Positions 39,863-50,982 of a stretch of 64,000 nt of DNA are shown piece after piece. A program made the translations under genes and the position numbers. Location: the NCBI GenBank assembly GCA_047495785.1, contig JBLDXI010000009.1, positions 4,712,001-4,776,000 on the forward strand. The letters run 5' to 3'. Source of the DNA: Lepidodermella squamata. Its lineage: Eukaryota; Animalia; Gastrotricha. The first letter of the stretch is position 1, and every line of letters starts with the position of its first letter. The notes beneath the pieces are model-generated. The model did not search any database. It was not told where the DNA came from and saw nothing but the letters and a program-made list of their open reading frames with translations.

Positions 39863-40145
39863 CAGGCCTAGTTACCCCGTCGCTTAACAGCTAACAGCTG
39901 CTCAGACATACATTCTGACTTCTGAAATCTTCAAGCCCGTATTAAAATTCCAAATCAAATTCCGAATTAAAATAGGCTTCAACTAGCTAGAGGTCTGTTG
40001 TTTAAAAACAAATTTTTAATCGATCCAACCCGTCAATCGGCTGCACATCACAAGGAGTGGAGATCCCCGATGGAGTCATCCCGGATATTAAAATATTTAG
40101 CGAGTTACCAACAATGTTATCGCTGCACTCGACTTATTCAATGCA

Positions 40146-41432
40146 ATGAAAGTTTCACTGTTATCAATTCTTTGTGTCTCCAAGTTCTTGTTCAGCTATG
40201 GAGCTCGATCTGAAAAGAGGATCTTCGTACCTAAAGTATCACCCCTGAACGACACGAGTCGTGTTAGGGCAATATTCTACGAAACATGCCCTCGAGCTGC
40301 CTCGACAGACCTGGCCTTTGAAACGGCTTACTCCAAAGGCAGCGAGCTCATTAAAATCGACATCACGCTAACCATTCACCACTTCATCGAAATAAGTGAC
40401 TTGGACAAACGCTTGTCACTTTTCATCGACACTAGAGCTACCTGGACATTACCTTGCAACTTGACTCAATTCTGCACCAAGTTAGATGAAGCTGGAGTAT
40501 TCTTGCCCGGTGAAAGCGCGAACGATTGCGGCCACCGCTACCCGGACTTTCAATTTTGGCTTCATAAGAAAAAGTCCTGGCATCCGATACTCATTCATAG
40601 AAATGCTGCCGTCCACGCTTCTGATGTTATGGAGTAAGTTTTCGTTATATAAATCACGAAAGCCTGATCTAAAACTCTCTCCAGTGTCATAACAGATTCG
40701 AAGGTCAAAATCTTCCCGTTTGGACCCAATGGCAGATGGACGAGTAGGGGTAGAATCGATACAGCCTGCGAAACGTTTTCATTCACGAAATTTCCCTACG
40801 ATGAATTGGTTTGCACGCTAGAATTTGAGGCAGCAAATCGGGCTGAAATCGTCAATTACAGCATGCCTGATTTCACGACATACAAAGAGCTAACCTCGCT
40901 CACTGGCGAGACTGAAACATGGGAAATTTTGCCGCCCTTAGATGCCAGACTTGAGATAGTTAACGATGGCAGCACCTATAAAACCCAGTTGTACTTCACA
41001 GCCCGTTTTAAGCGAAAACCTTACTATGTTGTCCTTAATACAATCATTCCAACCTACGCTTTGTACATGCTTCAAATCGCGTCTCTAATTTTCCCAGCTA
41101 AAGTTCCTGATAGGCCCGCATTTAGTATGACCAACGTGTTAGCCTTCACAGTCATTCTGTCTATTGTATTCGAAAACATCCCCGATACGTCTGAGCCTGT
41201 TTTACTTGTCCAACTTGTAACTTTTAATCTTGGCTTTGGGGTAATCATTACAATTTACAGCCTGATAACTTGTAGATACGCATCGGAAAATCGCAAGGGG
41301 GCAAAGAAAGGTATCAGGATTTGTAAATATTCTGTCACATGCATGGCCTTGGCGGATATAGCTATGACTGTTGTAACTATTTTTATCTCGATCGTTGTTC
41401 ATGCTATACTTTTTTCCCTTATTATAGCTTGA
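40146..41432 (+). CDS. Atypical Cys-loop channel subunit, subfamily C (copy 1), one intron
   Basis: HHFIEISD, SWHPILIHRNA, C-x14-C with FPYD, EAANRAE loop B, PAKVPDRPAFSMTNVL. Confidence 0.92.
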
Positions 41433-42641
41433 ATTTATCGTTGCTATTTATTTTCGTTTGTCCATATTTTTGCTATTTTTTTTATTTTTCTTCTATGACT
41501 ATTGTCTTCGTTTTTCGTTTTGTTTCATTCGGTTGTAGGCAATTATAAAGCTGACTGATCTGGAATTGTCTACGATCATGAACGTTCGATGAGCTCTTCG
41601 TAAGCGTGTGAGCTGGCTTGTTTGCTTTAAATTCTAATAAAATCTACATACCGGAAATGTGTTCACTTACTCACACTTACTTACTATCCGGCAAAATTCC
41701 TTCCACATTTGTCAATAATTTTTTGACCTGTCGCCCTTCCATTCGATTCGCCGAAAAGAAGTCGGGCGATCAAATATCCGAATGATTGAAAATAGAATTT
41801 AACAGCGATGAGTCGGCAATCTTTACACCCGGGATTCGAAGACGCTGTATCACGAGAAGATGTTACTGTATATTTCATAAAATTCGTGTGATGAATAATG
41901 AGTATTGCCAAGCTTTGCAGGGTTTGGAGAGCGATATTGGTACTAACTATTCTTTGCTAAGACTTTGCTGAGAATTTGCTAAATAATTCCAGCTAAAGAA
42001 TTCGAATGCAAAATGCAGAGCCAAAGTTCATTCATTGAAAAGTCTCTATCTTGAAAATTTGCTTAAGGAAGTATAAGGAATACATGTGCTTTATTGTTCC
42101 AAAATTACGTCGCTCCAGTTTCAAGTTCACAAAAGCATCGAAGGCAAGTTTATTTTCGATTTTCGCATGCGATCTGCACATTCTCATTATGCAGTAACTG
42201 ATCGCTTCGAGCAAGAAAAACTACCATCGCAGACATAATGGCTTCGCTGTAGAAGTAATGATCGTAAAGCTCGAGGCTAATGAGCCGAAAATGGCCCGTG
42301 TTCACCTGGTTACTGGCGAATGCACTGCTATAGGAATGGTTTTATATCCCTCATTCAATACCAATTATTTATGCAGCTTTTTTATATAAGCTTGTAGCTG
42401 CGCTTAATCACATTTGGTTTCAAGGCGTGCGTGAATTTTGAAACCTCAACCGTATTTGTTTCCTAATTATAAACAATTTCATTATAGTGCGCCAAATTAT
42501 TAATGATTTGAAAATGTCAACAGCCCTTGATTGATGATCCCCAATGTACACAGTACGTAATGGTAATGTGAATAATTTCCGTAACATATATTTTGACATA
42601 GTGATGTTTTGTGCCCGAAACTGTCCACGACCTATTTTCCG

Positions 42642-43922
42642 ATGAATTTTCCAACCTCTATTCTATGGTTAAGCTTCTGCGTAAAACATTGCGCCTCCAT
42701 ACGCCAGCCAGTTTATGTACCACCAGTTGCATCGCTGGCTGATACCAGCCAGATCAAGCGGATTTTCTACGAAACTTGCCCTCGAGCAGCTTCCACAGAC
42801 CTCGACTTCGAAACAGCGTACACATTGGGCAGCAAACTCATCGAAGTCGGAATTTCAGTCACCCTGCATCACTTCATCGAAATCAATGATTTAGAGAAAA
42901 GACTGTCCCTATTCATCGACACTCGAGCTACATGGACACTGCCATGCAATGTTCCAGCTTTCTGCAGAGCGCTTGAGGAGCAAGGTGCATTTTTACCTGA
43001 CGAGAATGTGCAAAATTGCAGTAAGAGATTTTCCGACTATCAATTTTGGCTACCGAAGCAAGAAAGCTGGTATCCTATACTGATCCATAGAAATGCAGCT
43101 GATGATGCTTTCGATGTTATGAAGCAAGTTTATTTTCAGTCGTTCTCAAATTTTAAATAAGTAAACCCATCCAGTGTTATTACGGATGCAAAGGTCAAGA
43201 TTCTTCCATTTGGACCGAAGGGCAAGTGGACAAGTCGAGGTCGAATTGACACATCATGCGCCGGCTTTTCATTCACTAAATTCCCATACGACCACCTCGA
43301 ATGTGACCTCCAATTTGAGGCAGCAAATCGAGCTGAAATCGACGTTTACAACGTAACTGAATTCGCAACTTATGATGACATTTCTTCGTTCACCGGCGAT
43401 ACAGAGACTTGGCAAATTCTGCCACCCTTAGAGGCCTGGGCTGAAGTGATCTACGACGGCAGTACATACAAAACTCAGCTTTTCTTCAGAGTTAAATTTA
43501 GGCGGAAATCTTCTTATGTGGTACTCCATACTATAGTACCAACATACGCTTTGTATGTTCTGCAAATTTCATCCTTGATTTTCCCGGCTAAAATACCTGA
43601 TAGACCTGTTTTCAGCATGACTAATGTGTTAGCTTTCTCCGTAGTGCTATCTATTGTTTTCGATAGTATTCCTGCTACTTCTGAACCGGTTTTGCTGGTT
43701 TATCTTGTCACATTCAACCTCGCTTTTGGCGTTATCATAACGATTTACAGCTTGATTACTTGCAAATTTGCCTATGAAAATCGTAAGGCAGCTCGAAAAA
43801 TGCTGTGGTTTGGAATTCACACTATTTCTTTTGTGAATTTTCTGGATTACGTAATGATTACGATCACTGTTGTTTTATCAGTCATCGTCCATAGCATACT
43901 ATATGCGATAATAGCTAACTGA
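42642..43922 (+). CDS. Atypical Cys-loop channel subunit, subfamily C (copy 2); GC-AG intron 43124-43174
   Basis: ATG 42642; paralogue of 40146; donor GCAAGT at the conserved phase-2 site. Confidence 0.88.
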
Positions 43923-44205
43923 ACGATAATAAAGGAGCAATGCGACTGAACGATACCATAGAGAATCAGCTGGAAAAAATGATTGAAGTTATAACTTCAG
44001 CAATCTATGAGGAATACAAAGACAGGAAGCCCTTTCCGAAATACAAATAGGATACCACCACGTTTTTGTTTTTAATTCATTAAAAGAACTGGGAAAACAA
44101 ACATAGATCCATAAGCCGCATTGCCAAAGTTCCCTGTAGCTTTGAGAAGGGTGTTTGCGCAAGTCCGACTGACTTGGAGTTTTCCTCTATTGACTCTATT
44201 TGAAA

Positions 44206-45504
44206 ATGCAGATTCCCATCAGAAGTGTATTAGCGGCTTTTTTAACTCTTGCCAATGTATATTCTATAACTGCAATGGTGCCTCGTGACGTACCTCTTGT
44301 GCCGCAGTTAGCCAATGCAAGTCAGCTCAGAGCTATTTTCTACGAAACTTGCCCAGAAGTTCAATCAACAGAGCTTGATTTCGAAACCGCCTTCACTAGA
44401 GGCAATAAAGTCATCGAAGTCAGCTTAACAATGACACTGCATCATTTCATCGAAATCAGCGATCTGGAAAAACGGCTGTCGCTCTTCATCGATACTCGGG
44501 TTTCTTGGACCTTGCCATGCAACGTTTCTCTGTTCTGCGCAAAGGTACTTGAAGCTGGGGCTTTCTTGCCAGGGGAAAATATAAAAAATTGTAGCAAACG
44601 GTTCTCAGAGTATCAGTTCTGGCTTCCCAAAGATGCAGTTTGGTATCCTACTTTGATCCATAGGAATGCTGTTTATGACGCTTTCGATGTTATGAAGTAA
44701 GTATTAGTACCTCAATATTAGTGAATCCAATCACGAATCAAGTTTTCTTTGAAGTCAAATCACAGATGCCAAGATCAAACTTTACCCCTTTGCTGCAAAA
44801 GGGAAATTCACAAGTCGAGGTCGAATCGATACATTTTGTGATAAATTTTCTTTCACCAAGTTTCCTTACGATGAACTTGTCTGTGACCTCAACTTTGAAG
44901 CTGCGAATCGAGCCGATGTTGATAGATTTAACTCGACTGATTTCACTACTTACGAGGAAATATCTTCACTGACAGGCGATACGGTGACGTGGGAAATTAT
45001 ACCCCCTCTTCAGTCCTGGATCGAAATTTTCTATGATGGCAACACTTACAAGACGCAGCTGTTTTTCGGGCTCGTTTCAAGCGGAAGCCATTTTACTTTG
45101 TTGTTAAAACGATAGTACCAACCTATGCGCTCTATGCTCTTCAAGTTTCATCTTTGATTTTCCCGCCAAAAGCTACGGATAGACCGGGGTTCAGTATGAC
45201 TAATGTGTTGGCTTTTTTTGTTGTACTTGCTGTTGTGAACGAAGGTATACCCCAGACGTCTGAGCCTGTCCTCCTCGTCTACATGGTTGGTTTTAACTTA
45301 AGCTTTGGAGTTATCATTACGATTTATTGCTTGATAACTTGCAAAATTGCTGATGAAAACAAGACTCTAGCCGGGAAAATGTTGAGGTTCTCCAAAAAAC
45401 ATGAAATTTCTTTACTCCGCTTCATAGATTATTTGATGTTAGCGATTACTGTATTCGTCTCTATAGCAGTTCATTTTATTCTATATGCAATGATGATAGC
45501 TTAG
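44206..45504 (+). pseudogene. Subfamily C Cys-loop subunit (copy 3) with a 1-nt deletion at ~45067 (pseudogene, assembly error, or ectodomain-only product)
   Basis: CTG TTT TTC GGG CTC here versus TTG TTT TTC CGG GTT in the 46469 paralogue; the shifted frame stops at 45113-45115; the TM region downstream is intact in the other frame. Confidence 0.75.
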
Positions 45505-45681
45505 TTTTCAACTATATGGAGAAATCAAGCCTTAATTTGCTGTTAATTGTTTCATTCTGAGTGGCGACGTGGAAACATTGATTGAAGAAGATTGGGTATA
45601 TTCTTAGAGCAAAGCTCCAGAATAAAAAATCCTAACCTAGCTCCTGGCCAACCGTATCAACCGTATTAAACCGTATTAAAG

Positions 45682-45722
45682 ACCATACAGCCCACTTGAG
45701 AATCTCAAGTGGGCTGTATGGT
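45682..45722. repeat. Perfect palindrome, 20-bp arms with a 1-nt spacer
   Basis: ACCATACAGCCCACTTGAGA-A-TCTCAAGTGGGCTGTATGGT, preceded by short AACCGTAT tandem units. Confidence 0.9.
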
Positions 45723-46468
45723 ATTGAGATACCATTGTAGAAATGAAAATCTGGGTCAAATCCGTTTATCATAATTGCCTTACGGGCAAAAATATTTCCC
45801 TTGGCGATTTCTATTAGGAGTATTAGTAGTTTCATTCTTGAATTAACTATGCCCCAACTGAAATATACCTGTCAACCTGTCTCCTTCTTACGCAATATGC
45901 AGCGAGCGAAGCAGGATTTCCGAGCTAGTGTGTTCAAAATATTGACCCGAAAAATGTCTCAAGCGAGCTCCCACATGACACAATATGGACACCCGGATAT
46001 AAAGAAAAACGAATAAAGAAGATTAATTTATTTCAGCTCGATCTCGCCATACTCCGTACTCCCAAAGGTTGTTAGGATAGGGCTGCTATCAAAGATCATT
46101 CTCCTTTTCTCACGCTACGGGAATAACATCTACTACTTTCTCTTCCGGCATTTGGCAGAGCGAGTAAACGGTTCAAGGATTTTAATGAGAAATGCGAATC
46201 TTGAAAAAACAATTGCGCGGAAGGTAATATATTATTCCCAACTTCCTTCCCACAGGTCTTGTTTGCATTCTTTTTCTTTATACAAGACTAAAATGAGTGT
46301 GTATCGACGTTAATTTGCGCAGAATCGATAGCTATTAATAATTAAGTGATCAGATATTCATGCAATGTATACTCTCGCAGAAACCTCTTCGGGTGTGTCT
46401 GTCAATAAATCCGGTTGAAATCGCTTCAAATGATATTATGAGGCAATTTATCAATTAAAAGCCTCGCT

Positions 46469-47775
46469 ATGATCAAGGAAATTACGACGGGTTGCTCAAT
46501 TATCACCATTTCAGCCATACTGCTTGCTGGCATCGACTGTGCATCTGGCTATCGAAAATACCTGGAAGTTCCTCTAGTGGCTCAACTAGCCGATGCAAGT
46601 CGGTTGAAAGAGATTTTCTTCGAAACCTGCCCTCAAGTTGCGTCGACAGACCTCGACTTCGAAACAGCTTACACAAAAGGCAGCAAACTCATCGAAGTCG
46701 GAATTTCCATGACAATTCACCATTTCATTGAAATCAACGATTTACAAAAACGGCTGTCGCTTTTCATTGACACTCGAGCTACTTGGAACTTGCCCTGCAA
46801 TTCAACCTTGTATTGTTCTAAACTAAAAGAAGCCGGGGCGTTTTTACCCGGGGAGAATTACAAAAATTGTAGCAAACGGTTCCCGGACTACCAGTTTTGG
46901 ATGCAGAAGAAGGACGTATGGTATCCTGTTCTCATCCATAGAAATGCTGTCATCGATGCTTTTGATGTTATGAAGTAAGTTTGCTTCGCTATGTCATAAT
47001 TTTCCTAATTCATTTGTTTCATAGCGAAATCACGGATGCTAGGATTAAGATTCATCCATTTGCTTCGAAAGGAAAGTTCACTAGTAGAGGTCGAATCGAC
47101 ACTGCATGCGACTCTTTTTCCTTTACGAAATTTCCCTACGACCAGCTGCAGTGTGATCTAGACTTCGAAGCTGCGAATCGGGCTGAAATCGATAGATACA
47201 ACGTATCAGAATTCACGACTTATGGTGATGTAAGTGAGTTAACGGGAGATACCGAGACTTGGCAAATCATTCCGCCACTCGAATCTATGGTTGACATAAT
47301 CTTTGACGGGAGTACTTACAAAACTCAGTTGTTTTTCCGGGTTCGATTCAGGCGAAAACCATTGTATGTTGTTCTTCACACGGTAGTGCCAACGTATGCG
47401 TTGTATATTCTGCAAATTTCATCTCTGATTTTCCCGGCTAAGGTGCCTGATAGGCCGGTGTTCAGTATGACAAATGTCCTTGCTTTCTCTGTTGTTCTTT
47501 CAATTGTATTCGAAAGTATCCCTGATACTTCAGAGCCGGTTCTTCTCGTCTATCTGGTGACCTTCAATCTCGGTTTTGGCGTCATAATCACAATTTACAG
47601 TTTGTTAACTTGTAAATTCGCCTATGAAAACAAAGCTCTGGCGAAGAAGGCGATCAAAATTACGAAAACGTGCCAAATTTCATTAGTGAACCTGATGGAC
47701 TATGTCATGCTTGCTGCTACTGTTTTTGTGTCAATTGTTGTCCATGGCATTCTTTATGCAATCATGTCGAGTTGA
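46469..47775 (+). CDS. Atypical Cys-loop channel subunit, subfamily C (copy 4), one intron
   Basis: C-DSFSFTKFPYDQLQ-C, PAKVPDRPVFSMTNVL, four TM helices. Confidence 0.92.
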
Positions 47776-48932
47776 TTTTCCTACGCAGATGAGTAAAAGA
47801 ATATGGTTTTTACATTTTATGAGGCTCTTGAGCAATGACAAATCATCAAGTAAATGTCAATTGAATCAGCAGATTGCACGTAAAAGCATGTAAAATGTTG
47901 ATCAGTTAGAAAATTGCCGCAACTGACTTTTATTTAATGTCGAAAGGTTCGCGTACAGTGAATACCCAGCATGTTCGTTATTCGTTGATCTCCTGGAAAC
48001 CGGGAATCAAGCAAGGTAACTAGAGAGGCATGATTTGAGCTCAACTGAAGGTAACGAATTGAACTGCTCTCCAACCTATTATTATTATTATTACAATCAA
48101 GAATCACTTGAAGAAGTTTCTTTCGAAGTTTATTGTGACTTCACAAAGGAAACTATTTCCAAGTTCCAGCAAGAGCCAGTGCTGTCCGCAAAATTGACTG
48201 CCCTGTTCCTTACAGGAGGTGCGATCTGGAATTATGGAGCTGCCATTATTTTACTGTATTTGCCGAAATGAATAGTCAAGTCAACTAAAAAAGCGAGCGA
48301 AGCAAGAGAATTTTGAAGATTTTCTATCAAAACACGCTCAGAAATATCTCTAAATTAACAGTGGGATGAATTCTTATGTTGTTGCCTGACCCAGCCGAGC
48401 TGGAGGGGATGCGATCCCCCATCCCCGCTGAAAGTCGCACACTAGTTCATTAGTTTTCGTGACGCAGACATTTTAATTAAATCAATCATTTAATTTGCGC
48501 TTTCTTTGATTTGCTTCGAGAGGGCCTCTTTTCGTTTCCTTGCAATTAAATCGTGGAACTGAAGATTACTAATTGTTTGTTAGCCTTTCTCTCTCACCTA
48601 TGCGCCGAAGGATGGATCTTTTCTGAAGGTAGGTAAACATTATTTCAGCCCTGGTGTAAGAAAGCCCAAAATGGTGTCGACTTTTTCTCCTTCAAAGCTA
48701 TAAGGAAGTTGCATGTCCCATTGCATATTAGTTCGAAATACTCAGTTAACTAAAATGCTTTATCTCTAGCTGGCAAGATAGAGTTTTCCTCCTGAAATAT
48801 TCCGTGAATCTAACAGAAAGACTTGGAGAATTTATCGGTCATAGATTACAATTTTGAAATTTGAGATAGATAACCTTTGGTGGTCTTCATAATTCGAAAA
48901 ATTTTCAAATTGCTCGATAGCATATCCCGAGA

Positions 48933-50233
48933 ATGTGCAGGTTTTTTGCATTGGTATGCCTTATCCTGACGAGCACGATCGTGATCTTAGCCGCTAACGA
49001 TTCCAAAGCTATGCCCCCCATCAGAGTTGTGCCGCAACTTGCTAATACGAGCATAATCAAACGCATTTTCTTTGAAAGTTGCCCCGAGGTTGCGTCGACT
49101 GATCTCGATTACGAAACGGCCTATTCAAATGGCGGTAATAAACTCATCGAAGTTGGAATCTCGCTAGCCATCCACCACTTTATCGAAATCGACGACCTAG
49201 ATCAGCGGCTGTCTCTTTTTATCGACACGCGAGCAACGTGGACTTTGCCTTGCGATGCTGCACTGTTCTGTAAAAAACTGGAAGAGAGTGGTGGTTTTAT
49301 AGCTGGAGAGAAGATCAACGACTGCGACAAGAAATTCTCCGACTTTCAAATATGGGTTCCGATATCAGGAAGTTGGTACCCGATAATAATCCACAGAAAC
49401 GCAGCTGTTGATGCCTTTGATGTGATGAAGTGAGTTACAGCTGAAAAAATGACAAGATAATATTTCTTGAACCTATCCACAGGTCTATCACTGTTTCGAA
49501 AGTTAAGTTCCACCCATTTTCATCAAAGGGTAAATGGACGAGCAGAGGCCGGATAGATACGTCGTGTAATACGTTTTCATTCGCGAAATTTCCCTACGAT
49601 CAACTGATTTGTGTTCTCGACTTTGAGGCGGCAAACAGAGCTGAAATCATAAGATACAACGTGACTGAATTCATATCATACGAAGATTTAGAAACGTTGA
49701 CTGGCGAGACCGAGACCTGGCAAATTTTGAAGCCCCTTGAAGGCTGGTCGGAAATTTTTTACGACGGCAATACCCACAAAACACAGCTGTTTTTCCGAGT
49801 CCGCTTCAAGCGCAAACCACTGTACATTGTGCTTCAAACTATCGTACCTACGTATGCTCTGTACGTTCTACAAATCGCGGCTCTGATTTTCCCGGCTAAA
49901 ATACCTGATAGGCCTGTTTATAGTATGACCAACGTCCTGGCCTTCGCAGTATTGTTAACTGTTGTTTTCGATAGTATACCTGATACTTCTGAGCCAGTTT
50001 TACTGGTTTACCTCGTCACGATTAATCTCTTCTTCGGCGTGATAATCACAATTTATAGTTTGATTACTTTGAAATTTGCGTATGAATACTCAAAATTAGC
50101 CAAAAGGCCGATACATCTCACCAAAACCTGTCCAATCCAGCTTGTGACTTTGATCGATTATGTTATGCTGGCATTAACTATTTTGGTCTCAAGCGTTGTT
50201 CATGGCATACTGTATAATATTATGATTTCTTAG
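48933..50233 (+). CDS. Atypical Cys-loop channel subunit, subfamily C (copy 5), one intron
   Basis: Signal peptide, SWYPIIIHRNA, FPYD Cys-loop, PAKIPDRPVYSMTNVL. Confidence 0.92.
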
Positions 50234-50982
50234 ACCGATTAATCTGGTTCTCTCTTGTCAAAACACGTCAAACTAGCTTACTAGTGCGTTCCATTCCGGG
50301 AAGTAAAGTATGCGTTACGGTCAATTATTTGCAGTTTTTTGGATTTTAGGCACGAATTGTTGAAAGCGCAATGATTTTAGGAATCTTCCTTTTTGCTCCT
50401 TCTTTCGATTGATGCACTGCATGACTTCCTGGTACATTGGCGGTATAACCATTTCAAGGCAATCAGTTGCTAACTTTCCGTCCCTTTGTTCGTAGGCTTA
50501 GACAGAGTTCGATCGCAACTTTTCTCGTTAGCGGAGGGTGATTGTTGTTCCGCCCCTGCATCATCAGAGATTGATAAATGTCGAAACCTTTGAAATACGT
50601 CTGAAATAGGCCGATTGCTATACCGAGGGGTTTGAATATTGGAGAAGGCTAAAGAAGAGAGCAATATAATTGCAAAGAATCTAATGTTTGTAGCCAACCA
50701 CTAAGTAGCTATCTTCATATCCCATTGCTCGCAAGCTCCGAAAACACTTGCCAAAAGCACGCTCACAGCTATTGTCGAGCACAAGAACTGAACGCCCTCG
50801 AGGGATACCTTGAAGCTGAGCATTTTGGAAGAAATATGCCGATAAAGTAATGAAACGGATACTAAAATTCACCATATTTTATTCGATTAAATACAATTAG
50901 AGTATAAAGAAAAAGAGAAAGGGCAGATGATTCGAATTAATAAATCACTGGTTAATTATAAATGCTGAATTCAGCTTTCAGT

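Noticed and set aside
45058-45075. Programmed -1 ribosomal frameshift rescuing the 44206 gene
   Set aside because: G_TTT_TTC is not a canonical X_XXY_YYZ slippery site, and the paralogues simply have the extra base.
26100-48930. Shared TAATT homeodomain motif upstream of the pLGIC genes
   Set aside because: Too common in AT-rich DNA to support without an enrichment test.
50470-50715. Small secreted-protein-like ORF downstream of GH9
   Set aside because: The only in-frame ATG is followed by a TAG before the hydrophobic stretch, and there is no recognisable domain.
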